Assembly: GCA_039208735.1 (NCBI GenBank)
Contig: JBCCQY010000001.1
Location: 32,001-96,000 of the forward strand
Direction: 5' to 3'
Source: Myxococcota bacterium
GTDB taxonomy: Bacteria > Myxococcota_A > UBA796 > GCA-2862545
DNA: 64,000 bases
Made by a program: the position numbers and the translations under genes. The notes under the pieces were generated by a model that did no database searches, was not told where the DNA came from, and was given only the letters and a program-made list of their open reading frames with translations. Shown one piece after another: positions 38,029 through 47,064 of the stretch; within the stretch, counting starts at the first letter, position 1, and each line of letters starts with the position of its first letter.

Positions 38029-38628
38029 CGGTGTCGTGACCGCGATGGTCCACGGGAAACTCGTGTGGACCTGAACGGGCCCCACCGCTCCGGTGCCCAT
38101 CAACATTCGTCGAAAGCCGCCGGGACTCCAACGCTGGATGTGCTCGGGGTGGTTGCCAAGTCGGGAGAGGTACTTGCCGCGGGCTAGGTTTCCGAGCTGA
38201 AACCAGGGCTCCCACGGAACCGAGAGCACCAGGTGACCCCGCGACACCCGCGCGAGTTCGCGAACCGCCACGGCGGGGTCTTCGAGGTGTTCGAGGACCT
38301 CAAGGCAAATCACGGTATCGAACTGATCATCGTCGTAGGGCAGGTCGGTGGCCGATGCGACTTGCGCCTCGACGCCGGGCACCGCGGAACGGCACGCGGC
38401 CACCGCGGCCTCCGACAGATCGCAGGCGTGGACGTGCTCCCCTGCGGCCGGCCCGAGGGCTTGCAGCACGAAGCCCTCGCCGCATCCCACGTCGAGCGTC
38501 GCCGAAGGTCCGATGGCCTCGACCTCCTGTCGCACCCGGTCGTGAAAACGGTCCAACAGCGCGCGGACGACAGGATTCGAAGTCGTGTGCTTTAGTAGGT
38601 TGCTCGACGGCTCCACAGGCCCCTCCAT
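38020..38628 (-). CDS. Class I SAM-dependent methyltransferase
   Basis: LDVGCGEG, FDTVICLEVLEHL, LSVP.EPWF...N.ARGKY. Confidence 0.9.
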   Translation of the reverse strand: MEGPVEPSSNLLKHTTSNPVVRALLDRFHDRVRQEVEAIGPSATLDVGCGEGFVLQALGPAAGEHVHACDLSEAAVAACRSAVPGVEAQVASATDLPYDDDQFDTVICLEVLEHLEDPAVAVRELARVSRGHLVLSVPWEPWFQLGNLARGKYLSRLGNHPEHIQRWSPGGFRRMLMGTGAVGPVQVHTSFPWTIAVTTPSA

Positions 38629-38649
38629 GGCGACGTCGCGTAATCCGCT

Positions 38650-40320
38650 TCAGCGCTCTCGGCGCTTCCAGATCTCATAGACCCCGATTGGATCAACTTT
38701 CTGGTAGTGCTGGGTGACCCAAAGGTAGAGCGGCTCGTGGCTTTCGAGTAGATCCGAACTATCCCCGTCAAAGCCAGTCATATAGGGAATGCCGTCATCG
38801 GTGCCGACAACGATAATCGGGGGCTTGGTCCGTTCAAGGTCCGTCATGAGTACATCGAGCCAGAATTCATGGTCCGTGGTGCGCAGGGCTAACGGGAAGT
38901 TGTAGATGAGGGTGCTTGCGGGGCGGCGCTGGGCCAACACGTGGATGGCAGGGTCGAATGCCCAGGCGAGCACAGGGTCATCAGGGGACGTCTCTGCTCG
39001 CAGGTAAGCCGCCACCTTGCCTTGGTCTGGAATCGGCCAGGTGGGCACCTTGTAGCGAGGGAGGGCGTAGTGCTCGTTCAGCGTCTCGTAGCCCCCGGCC
39101 ACCCGAAACAGGCTGCGGTAGCGCTGGGGTTGGTTGGCGTAGCACAGCAGGAGGCTCACAACGGCCGCCACGAACGGGAGCCCGCGGTGATGCCAAAGGC
39201 GGTCGAGCCCGAGGCGGGGCCCAAGGTCAAGGAGCCAGGTGCTGCCCAGGCCTACGAGCAGTGCCGCCGGGGGCAGGGTGGGGTGGTAGTGGTAGGCGAA
39301 GAAGCGGCCCTGCATCATGACGCCGACCAACCCCATCGCCCACCAGGTCACCACGAGGGCGCCTGCAATCCAGTGTCGTGGGGTCAGCCGGATGAAGGCG
39401 AGCAAGGCGGGGCCGATGCCGATGAAGCCGCTCACGATCATCGACCAGGCGTTGCGGTGGTCGCGGCGCAGCGACCTGCCAATGCCGTTGAATCGGGAAC
39501 TCAAGCCCTCCTGCGCATCGTTTATATAGGTCGACAGGAGTTCGGTATGGGTGCGTCGGAAGATCTCGCCTGCACCCTGGGCCACCAGTGAAAACAGGGT
39601 CAGCCCCAAGGTGCCAAGGCCACCGCCGACCACTCCGACAAGCCCCCACCACACCCCAACGCCATGGGTCGCCGCAGACAGGGCGAACGCGACGAGCATG
39701 GGCAGCGCAATGAGGCCTGCCGTGTACTTGAAGAGCACCGTGAAGGCGGAGGCAGCACCGGCGGCGACATACCCCAGCATGGCGGGCCCCCGTCGACCTT
39801 CGGCCCACGCATCTCCGGCCGCGAGGATGAGTCCGATGGCGGCGATGGCCGGCAGGTTGAGCCAGCCGTCGGCTTGGGTGATGTGCCAGTAGCCGATTCG
39901 CCAATAAAGCAACGCGTAGACCGTGCCTGCGACCAGCGCGACGTCCCGACGGCGGAACAGACGCCAGGCAAGCCAGGTCAACAGGGCGATGGTCGCGGTG
40001 GTCCACAGCGAGTCCCAGATGCGACAGGCCACCGGGTTGGTGCCGAACAGCAGCTGAGACATGCCATGCAGCCAGGCCGTAGCAGGGGGCTTGAAGGTGA
40101 GCGCGTCGCGGTAGAGAACGCCGCCCTCCGACCACACCCAGCCGGCGGTCGCGTAGTTGCCTTGGTCGCGCCCGAGCGGGAAGAGCAATGTGGGCAAGCT
40201 CGAGACGAACGACGTGGCAGCCGTGATGCCGACAATCGGCCAGATGGGGGCATCGCTCGGCGAACCGGGAGCGTACATGAGGCACCTCGGGGCTGCCGAC
40301 ATAGCCCCGGACGCCGCCAT
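38650..40320 (-). CDS. ArnT/GT-C-type integral membrane glycosyltransferase
   Basis: RDQGNY, LYRD...KPP, many TM segments, C-terminal soluble domain; exact start uncertain. Confidence 0.8.
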   Translation of the reverse strand: MAASGAMSAAPRCLMYAPGSPSDAPIWPIVGITAATSFVSSLPTLLFPLGRDQGNYATAGWVWSEGGVLYRDALTFKPPATAWLHGMSQLLFGTNPVACRIWDSLWTTATIALLTWLAWRLFRRRDVALVAGTVYALLYWRIGYWHITQADGWLNLPAIAAIGLILAAGDAWAEGRRGPAMLGYVAAGAASAFTVLFKYTAGLIALPMLVAFALSAATHGVGVWWGLVGVVGGGLGTLGLTLFSLVAQGAGEIFRRTHTELLSTYINDAQEGLSSRFNGIGRSLRRDHRNAWSMIVSGFIGIGPALLAFIRLTPRHWIAGALVVTWWAMGLVGVMMQGRFFAYHYHPTLPPAALLVGLGSTWLLDLGPRLGLDRLWHHRGLPFVAAVVSLLLCYANQPQRYRSLFRVAGGYETLNEHYALPRYKVPTWPIPDQGKVAAYLRAETSPDDPVLAWAFDPAIHVLAQRRPASTLIYNFPLALRTTDHEFWLDVLMTDLERTKPPIIVVGTDDGIPYMTGFDGDSSDLLESHEPLYLWVTQHYQKVDPIGVYEIWKRRER

Positions 40321-40394
40321 CGCCTACAGACGACCGTGCGCTAGACAGTGCGGCAAATCAGTGCCAAGGTGACGGGGTCGCGGTGGAGGTTTGG

Positions 40395-41000
40395 ATGGTG
40401 CCCTTGGCCCTGGCTCTTTCGACGCCGGTGGCGGCGTTCGACGGTGGTGAGCCCGTTCCCGAGATCACGTTTAGCCAACCGGTCGATCTGGACCGGCTCG
40501 CGCGGGCGCGGTCCCGCCAACAACTGGCCACGCGTTTGGGGTGGACCGCCGCCGCGGGGCTCGCAACGTCGTTCGGCGGAGCCGCCTTGCTGGTGGGCAC
40601 CTGTGACTTCGATCGGGGGCAGTTTGGCGGTTGCCCTCGTGGAGCGCAGGTGGCGGGCTGGACGATGCTCTTCGCTGGGTCGACCGCATTCACGGTGGGC
40701 CAGCTCGGGTTTGTCACCGCGGCTCCCCTTGCCGAGTCGTACGGGGTTGACGCGGGCCTTTCGATGCGTCCGCGATTCGGGTGGGCTCCGCTCGTGCTGA
40801 ACCTAGCGGGACTGGGACTGGCCACATGGGGGCGGAATCTCGGGGTTCGAAGGCCTGTCTTGTCCACCACGGGTACGGCGATGTACGGCCTGGGCCTCGT
40901 TTTGGGGATGGTTCAAGTGACCCGGGTACGGCGTGCGCATCGTCGACACGTCTCGGTCACGCCCACCGGCAATGGGGCCCAAGCCGTCGTCAGGTTTTGA
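40395..41000 (+). CDS. Hypothetical exported/membrane protein
   Basis: GGAGG RBS; signal peptide; Gly-rich hydrophobic helices; C-terminal VSVTPT...VVRF. Confidence 0.65.
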   Translation: MVPLALALSTPVAAFDGGEPVPEITFSQPVDLDRLARARSRQQLATRLGWTAAAGLATSFGGAALLVGTCDFDRGQFGGCPRGAQVAGWTMLFAGSTAFTVGQLGFVTAAPLAESYGVDAGLSMRPRFGWAPLVLNLAGLGLATWGRNLGVRRPVLSTTGTAMYGLGLVLGMVQVTRVRRAHRRHVSVTPTGNGAQAVVRF

Positions 41001-41003
41001 CGT

Positions 41004-42011
41004 TCAGGCGATCCAATCGGGATTGCGCTCCTTGCCGAAGTACCCGGCGGGGTAGATCCACCGAATCCAGCGTTCGGGCATCCAGAACGTGAAGATGTGG
41101 CGGTTTCGCTGGGCACGAATGTCGGCTTTCATCCCATCGCGGTCGTACTGAAGCTCCACGTGGTCGAGGCGATCGGCAGTCCGTCGGATGTCCTGAACAT
41201 CGCCACGTTGGAAGGCCTGCCTTAGCGCGGTGACGTCGACGGTTCGCAAGTGGCAGTCCTGCATGCCCACATCTGCTGTGTACAGCAGCTGGTTGCCGTC
41301 CGGTGACCAGCAGGGGCTGAAGTCTGCGCCCTGGTTCTTGGTCAGGCGAACCGCAACGCCTCCGTTCGCGGCCATGAGCCAAACGTCCTTGTCGCGGTCC
41401 TCGTAGGCGTCCTCGGGGTCGGATTCGTACTGACGGTTCGACACGAACGCGATGAGGCTTCCGTCAGGGCTGGGCACCGGCGTGATGTCTGCGCCGCGAT
41501 CCGCGTTGAGCTGCGTCTTTTCGCCGGTCGACAGATCGATGCGCCAAATGTCGGCATCCCCCCCTCGGTCGCTCGAAAACAGCAGCCCCTGGCCGTCCGG
41601 GGTCCAGCGGACGTGGTTGTCGGAGCCGGTGTGGGTCGTCACCTGGGTGCGGTTCCGACCGTCGGCATCCATGATCCAAACATCATTGTTGCCGCCTTCG
41701 TTCGAGATGTAGGCGATGCGCTCGCCGTCGGGGCTGTAGACCGGGGAGTCGGCCCAGCGCCCGGTCGTCGTGAGCTGCACGGGCTTGCCGCCGCTGGCGT
41801 CGATCCAAAAGATCTCCTGGCCCAGGATGCCCCGGCCCCCGCTCGTGTACACCACGCGTCGGCCATCGGGAGACCATTTGGGCTTGTCGTTCCAGACGTT
41901 GCCCTGGGTCAACTGGCGGGGTGTCCCCCTGGCGAGGTCGAGGCTCCAAAGGTCAAAATCACCCGTCTTTCCGCTTGAGAATACGATTTTTCCGCTGTTC
42001 GCCGTCGCCAT
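41004..42011 (-). CDS. TolB-like PD40 beta-propeller protein
   Basis: Repeats of P.WSPDG..I.(Y/F).S (PKWSPDG, PVYSPDG, RWTPDG, PVPSPDG, PCWSPDG). Confidence 0.85.
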   Translation of the reverse strand: MATANSGKIVFSSGKTGDFDLWSLDLARGTPRQLTQGNVWNDKPKWSPDGRRVVYTSGGRGILGQEIFWIDASGGKPVQLTTTGRWADSPVYSPDGERIAYISNEGGNNDVWIMDADGRNRTQVTTHTGSDNHVRWTPDGQGLLFSSDRGGDADIWRIDLSTGEKTQLNADRGADITPVPSPDGSLIAFVSNRQYESDPEDAYEDRDKDVWLMAANGGVAVRLTKNQGADFSPCWSPDGNQLLYTADVGMQDCHLRTVDVTALRQAFQRGDVQDIRRTADRLDHVELQYDRDGMKADIRAQRNRHIFTFWMPERWIRWIYPAGYFGKERNPDWIA

Positions 42012-42209
42012 GGGTACCTCGGGGAGGGGGGTGAGTTGCGTTCGGCGAGCTCAACGTTCGGGTCCGCGCATTATTTCGCTGCCCCTGATCGCATTGTCGT
42101 GAATCGCGTTCTTGCGCGGATTCCGATGGCCACCGTGGGCGATCCCGCTCCGGGTCTACAGAGGCGTTCGCTCCCGGCTCCTCGGTCTTTCCGCTCCGCG
42201 GTCGTCTCT

Positions 42210-42225
42210 TGGCATCGTCGTTGCA
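42210..42225 (+). promoter_or_regulatory. Sigma-54 (-24/-12) promoter
   Basis: TGGCATCGTCGTTGCA = GG-N10-GC, close to TGGCAC-N5-TTGCA; 33 bp before ATG 42259. Confidence 0.7.
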
Positions 42226-42258
42226 CTAGGACGTGCGAGTCCTGCCTTGGAGACCTCC

Positions 42259-43047
42259 ATGCTACTGTCTTTGCTGACCTCGGAAGCTCTGGCATTGAGC
42301 TGTATTTTCGGCGTCTACGACCTCAACGTGGATGACGGAAGCGTGGTGCCGCCCGGCGCTGTATTTGTTGCCTCCCACACCTACTCGGAACCCGATGCCG
42401 AGGTCATTGGTCTTCACCTTTTGGATGCCCAAGGTCAGGAAGTTCCCTCCGATGTGGAATGGAGCCCCTTCGTGGTTCGGCTTGTGCCGCAGGCCGAATT
42501 GGCACCCGGGCAGTACCGCATCACGGCCAACGACGGCGGGTACTACCTGGCGGGCGAGCGTGGATTCACGGTGATGGCGACCGAGCCCATCGATGCACCA
42601 CCGATGGAAGCGCCCTCGGGGCTGAGCCTCGAGTGGGAGCGTGAGGAAGACCCAGACTGGGGACTCACCAATGGCATCGACGTGCGGTTCGATGGGGTAG
42701 CCGCTGCCTCGCACTATGAGATGGAAGTTGCATCCAACCAGGACTTCACCGATGCGGCGATGGCCGTGACAACCGGTGAGTGGGCGTTCTTGGGCCTGAC
42801 ACTTTGTGGGTCGACCGTCGACGGGTGGGACCAAAGTGGGCAGAGCTACGTTCGAGTCCGGGCCGTTGCCATCGACGGCGAAGTATCGGCCTGGTCTCCG
42901 TTCGAAGTGACGGACAATTCGCCTCCGGGAGCCAAGCCGCTCATCAACGCATGGGGCTGCTCTGTGGCTGGTGGAACGCCGTTGTCCGGGGCGGCGCTAC
43001 TGGCGTTGAGCCTGGGACTCATGGCGCTCCGTCGCCGTGATGCCTAG
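42259..43047 (+). CDS. Surface protein with Ig/FN3-like domains and MYXO-CTERM-like sorting signal
   Basis: GGAG RBS; signal ending ALA-LSC; C-terminus GCSVAGG-hydrophobic helix-RRRDA. Confidence 0.78.
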   Translation: MLLSLLTSEALALSCIFGVYDLNVDDGSVVPPGAVFVASHTYSEPDAEVIGLHLLDAQGQEVPSDVEWSPFVVRLVPQAELAPGQYRITANDGGYYLAGERGFTVMATEPIDAPPMEAPSGLSLEWEREEDPDWGLTNGIDVRFDGVAAASHYEMEVASNQDFTDAAMAVTTGEWAFLGLTLCGSTVDGWDQSGQSYVRVRAVAIDGEVSAWSPFEVTDNSPPGAKPLINAWGCSVAGGTPLSGAALLALSLGLMALRRRDA

Positions 43048-44267
43048 GCCTTGCCGAAGCAGTAGAGCGAAGCCAGGAACTGGACATCCTCGCTAAGGCG
43101 AGGTCGAGCGTCGGCAAGGACGTGAAAGAACTGCAGTGTGATCGCGTTGCGGTCGAGCAACGCTTGCACGACGCGATGGGCGACGTCTTCTCGGGAGCCA
43201 CTCCAGTCCACTGCGTTTCGGGCATCTGGAACAGAATGGGCGATCAGCCTTTCCAGTTCAGTTGGCTTGAAGTGAAGTAAGAACCTCCAAAGTTCCCTTT
43301 CGGGATTGGGAGGGGTGTCGTAGCGTCGAACGAGAATGAGATCGTTGCCTTCCTTACGCCATAGTTCCATCCCATCGCTGCGATTCACAAGAAACGATAG
43401 TCTCTCGGCGACTTTCAGGCCGAAAAAGCTGTCCACATCCATTCGCGCAAGCTCGGTGGGGTCATTCGCGGGGTGGGGATGCGTGGGTTCCCAAGGACGC
43501 GCGATGAGCCATTCAGCGATGGCGGCGAGGTGGTCTTCGTGACCTGCCTCGAGTCGGATCTTCGCAAGCTTTCCCGTGTTTTCGAACGCGGCTTGGCGAA
43601 TGTTCGCGTCAGGGTGTCGCGCTTCAAACGCGGCGAGTATTGTGGAAATGGCAGCTTGGTCCAGGTGCTTGAGGCCGCTGCGGAAGTACATCGTAAGCCC
43701 GGGCTTCGCTTGAAACCGACGCCGAGCGTGTTCGATGATGGAAAGAACCTGGCGGTAGAAAGCGTCGAGGGCAGGGCCAACCCTTTCGTTGGGTTCGAGG
43801 GTTCGGCTGACATCGAACTGTGGCCTGCCTTCGGTATTCATAATGTCTAGGTGAAGGTCGGTGGGGGAGAATTCCGAGGCCAGATGGTCCTCAAAGTCAT
43901 TGTAGATCCCGGGTAACGACCAGCCTTCGAGATCCGGCTCGAACAGGAACGACAGAACGCGCTCGTTCACTAAAAACAGATGAGGATCCGCGATTAAGTT
44001 CCAATCTCCGAGCTGTTCCTGAATGTCGTCTCGAACCCGAATCATCACGGTTTCGATGCGATTGCTCAGTCCGGCAGCAGTGATTTCGTTGAGTTGCTCT
44101 CGCTGATGCGGGACGAGTTCCGCCGTATTGAACGAACCATCCGAATACGTCTTTAGGTTGGCAAAGGTGATGGTTTGACCATCAATCTTGATAGTCTGGG
44201 GTCCTTCCTTGCTCACAGCCACTTCCCTGCCACGTAGGCCTGCGAATGCTACAAAGCGTAGCGCCAT
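43044..44267 (-). CDS. Hypothetical protein with a C-terminal effector-associated-domain (EAD)-like helical module
   Basis: 407-aa ORF, visibly more A/T-rich than neighbours; C-terminal F...ELERL...V.AL..R..I...FF..L...RP pattern. Start may be the GTG at about 44216. Confidence 0.65.
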   Translation of the reverse strand: MALRFVAFAGLRGREVAVSKEGPQTIKIDGQTITFANLKTYSDGSFNTAELVPHQREQLNEITAAGLSNRIETVMIRVRDDIQEQLGDWNLIADPHLFLVNERVLSFLFEPDLEGWSLPGIYNDFEDHLASEFSPTDLHLDIMNTEGRPQFDVSRTLEPNERVGPALDAFYRQVLSIIEHARRRFQAKPGLTMYFRSGLKHLDQAAISTILAAFEARHPDANIRQAAFENTGKLAKIRLEAGHEDHLAAIAEWLIARPWEPTHPHPANDPTELARMDVDSFFGLKVAERLSFLVNRSDGMELWRKEGNDLILVRRYDTPPNPERELWRFLLHFKPTELERLIAHSVPDARNAVDWSGSREDVAHRVVQALLDRNAITLQFFHVLADARPRLSEDVQFLASLYCFGKA

Positions 44268-44306
44268 ACGCCCAGGTTGACGTTTTCGTGGACGGCAAGC
44301 GTTGGG

Positions 44307-45254
44307 TCACCGCGTGCAGATGTCGGGCAGGTCGGGCGGAAGGTTCTTTTCCCATACCGATGGCGATGTCGCGCCGTAGCGGTGGTAGTCGAAGAAGCGC
44401 CACACGGTCGTGGCCATGTCCGCCGCGATGCCATGCCCCGAATCGTGTTCGCATTGCACGCTAAAGTGACCCTTTGAACCCAGGTCCTTGACGAAACCCG
44501 TGCTCGCGCCGGCCAAGAAGTCACCTTGGTCGCCGTAGAGCACCATCGCGGGAATGAGGTTGGTGGGATCGAGCATGGTGGTGTCGGTATTCGGCAGGAT
44601 GCCCCCAGAGTAGGTGGCCACCGACGCGACGTAGTTGCTGCGCTGGTAGAGCATGTGGGCGGTGTGCAGACCGCCTGCGCTGGTTCCCGCCACGTGGATG
44701 CGGGAAGGATCAATGCCGACTTGCTCGATCGCACACGCCACCACTTCATCGGCTCGTGGCAGATCTTCGAAGTACCAGACCGGGGTGCCGCTCGACACGA
44801 CGCAATCCGGGCAATCCTCGCGGTAGAACGCGGCGACGACCCCACCCAACGCAACCACTTCTTCGATGACCGGGGTGAAGTTCAGCACGGCTTCGCCGGG
44901 CTGGCTGCCTGTCGCGTGCCAGTAGAACACCAAGGGGCCGGGCCCCAGAGAGGCTGCGTCCGGGTCCATCCAAAGTCGAACTTGCTTGCCGAGAACGGTG
45001 ATGTCGCCTTCTGCGAACACCGGGCACGGCTCGGTTGGAGTGGGTAGGTCGAGTGGGGAGACGCCCACCGGTGGGGTGATGGGCGTGTACGGATCGCTCG
45101 GCATTCCGGTGTCGGGTTGGGAGTCGCTTATTGGCGGCTCCTCCATCGGGTCTGTGATGTCCCCTGTCGATAAACGCGTGTCCTCGTCGGCGGACCCGCT
45201 ACAGCCAATCGCTCCGCAGAGCGCAACCCACATCCAGTACAATGACCATTTCAT
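44307..45254 (-). CDS. Lipoprotein alpha/beta hydrolase (PHB-depolymerase/esterase-like)
   Basis: Lipobox AIGC; LVFYWHATGS, IDPSRIHVAGTSAGG, HDSGH. Confidence 0.8.
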   Translation of the reverse strand: MKWSLYWMWVALCGAIGCSGSADEDTRLSTGDITDPMEEPPISDSQPDTGMPSDPYTPITPPVGVSPLDLPTPTEPCPVFAEGDITVLGKQVRLWMDPDAASLGPGPLVFYWHATGSQPGEAVLNFTPVIEEVVALGGVVAAFYREDCPDCVVSSGTPVWYFEDLPRADEVVACAIEQVGIDPSRIHVAGTSAGGLHTAHMLYQRSNYVASVATYSGGILPNTDTTMLDPTNLIPAMVLYGDQGDFLAGASTGFVKDLGSKGHFSVQCEHDSGHGIAADMATTVWRFFDYHRYGATSPSVWEKNLPPDLPDICTR

Positions 45255-45286
45255 GCTCCCCAGCTAAGCAAAGAGATTTTGACGCC

Positions 45287-46906
45287 TCATGGAGCTGGAG
45301 GATTCTCGAACGATTCACGGAGTTCCACACGGCGAATCTTCCCGCTGATGGTCTTCGGCAAATCGCTTCGGAAGAGGATTTCGCGGGGGTATTTGTACGG
45401 TGCGGTTTGGGTCTTGCAGTATTCCTGAAGGGTCTTCGCGAGTTCCTCAGACGGTGAGAAACCACTCGCGAGTACTACAAACGCAGCCACGATGTGGCCT
45501 CGCATGGCATCGGGCTTGCCGACGACGGCGGATTCGGCGACGGCCGGATGCTCCTGCAGCGTGCTTTCCACTTCGAAGGGACTGATGCGGTAGGCGCCTG
45601 ACGAAATCACGTCGTCGGAACGGCCCACAAACCAGATGTAGCCGTCTTCGTCGCGCCACGCGGTGTCGCCGGTGAAGTAGTAGCCATGGCGAAAACAGTC
45701 GGTCACCATGCGACCGTCGACCTCGTAGCCGCGAAACAATCCAGGTGGCCACTGGGCGACCGCCGCGGTGGCAGGGTTGAGTCCGGTAGGCAGGCGAATC
45801 GCGATCTCTCCGACCTCGTGATCGGGACAGATATCGCCTTCGGCATTGACGATGTGAACCTCGAATCCTGGAATCGGCTTGCCCATGGACCCAGGGCGCA
45901 CCTCGAGGCCTGGCGTGTTGCCCACGATGTTGACGGTCTCGGTTTGGCCGTAGCCATCGGCCGGAGCCGATCCGGTGGCCTTTCGCCAAACCTCGATCAC
46001 CTCAGGGTTGAGCGGTTCTCCCGCCGACATGGAACGTCGGATGGATGAGAGATCGTACGGAGTGAGATCGACTTGGGCGAACATTCGGTACACCGTCGGT
46101 GGCGCACAGAACGTGGAAACCTTGAGGTCAGCGATGAGGCGGAGGTGTCGGTCGACGTCGAATTGAGGCGTGCCCTCATAAAGTACGGTCGTCGCGCCAC
46201 ACTGCCATTGGGGAAACAGAAGCCCCCACGCGGCTTTCGCCCATCCCGTATCCGTAAGGGTCCAATGCACGTCGCCGTCCTTGAGATCCATCCAATGGGC
46301 GCCGGTGACCCGGTGGGCGAATCCGTAGGAATAGTCCCTCGGTACGGCCTTCGGATGAGCGGTCGTGCCACTGGTGAAGTAAATCAACATGGTGTCGCGA
46401 GCGCGGGTCACAGGGGCTTCCGTGCGGGTCAATGGCGAGCATTCAGCGAGCCGTTGCGGCAGTGAAATCCAGCCGGGTCGTTCCGTGGTTCCGGCGACGA
46501 TGCGGTGCTGCAAACTTGGACACCGGTCCCCGATCGCATCGATTTTGTCCATGTGCTCGGGTGTGACGACGACCGCTTGAGCCCCCGATTGGTTGATGCG
46601 GTATTCAAGGTCGCGCGCGGTCAGCAGGTTCGTTCCCGGCAGTGCTGCGACCCCCGCCTTCATGGCCCCGACGATCACGTTGTAAAACGAAGGGATGCGC
46701 GCGATGACCATGATCGCGCGGGCGCCTTGACCAAGCCCGAGGTCTTTGAAGAGTCGGGCGACCCTCGAAGAGGTGTCGTTGAGCTGCCCGAAGGTCACGG
46801 GCGTAGGCGCACCGTTGGCAGGAACGAAGATGTACGCCGTACCGTGATGCCGCATCGGGTCTGACACCACATCCCAGCCAAAATTGAAGTCTTCGGGACA
46901 CGTCAT
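45287..46906 (-). CDS. Acyl-CoA synthetase (short/medium-chain, ACSM-like)
   Basis: YFTSGTTAHPK, DTGWAK, GYGQTET, GRSDD, PKTISGKIRR; GGAGG RBS before ATG 46906. Confidence 0.93.
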   Translation of the reverse strand: MTCPEDFNFGWDVVSDPMRHHGTAYIFVPANGAPTPVTFGQLNDTSSRVARLFKDLGLGQGARAIMVIARIPSFYNVIVGAMKAGVAALPGTNLLTARDLEYRINQSGAQAVVVTPEHMDKIDAIGDRCPSLQHRIVAGTTERPGWISLPQRLAECSPLTRTEAPVTRARDTMLIYFTSGTTAHPKAVPRDYSYGFAHRVTGAHWMDLKDGDVHWTLTDTGWAKAAWGLLFPQWQCGATTVLYEGTPQFDVDRHLRLIADLKVSTFCAPPTVYRMFAQVDLTPYDLSSIRRSMSAGEPLNPEVIEVWRKATGSAPADGYGQTETVNIVGNTPGLEVRPGSMGKPIPGFEVHIVNAEGDICPDHEVGEIAIRLPTGLNPATAAVAQWPPGLFRGYEVDGRMVTDCFRHGYYFTGDTAWRDEDGYIWFVGRSDDVISSGAYRISPFEVESTLQEHPAVAESAVVGKPDAMRGHIVAAFVVLASGFSPSEELAKTLQEYCKTQTAPYKYPREILFRSDLPKTISGKIRRVELRESFENPPAP

Positions 46907-46929
46907 GGGACCTCCGTTCGAGGCGGTCC

Positions 46930-46945
46930 TGCAGGGGGCGGGCCA
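46930..46945 (-). promoter_or_regulatory. Sigma-54 promoter of the acyl-CoA synthetase
   Basis: Minus strand TGGCCCGCCCCCTGCA = GG-N10-GC, 23 bp upstream of the ATG. Confidence 0.6.
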
Positions 46946-46985
46946 CGGTGAGAACCTGGCTTGGTCCGATCCCGCGTTCAGAAGG

Positions 46986-47025
46986 TGTTGCGTTGTGCGA
47001 CAAGGGACTGTCTCGAAACGCGACA
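46986..47025. promoter_or_regulatory. Tandem TGT-N11-ACA enhancer (UAS) sites for the adjacent activator
   Basis: TGTTGCGTTGTGCGACA (46986-47002) and TGTCTCGAAACGCGACA (47009-47025). Confidence 0.6.
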
Positions 47026-47064
47026 CGGGGACACGGGCTCGCCCAACGCGAGTATACTTGGCCG

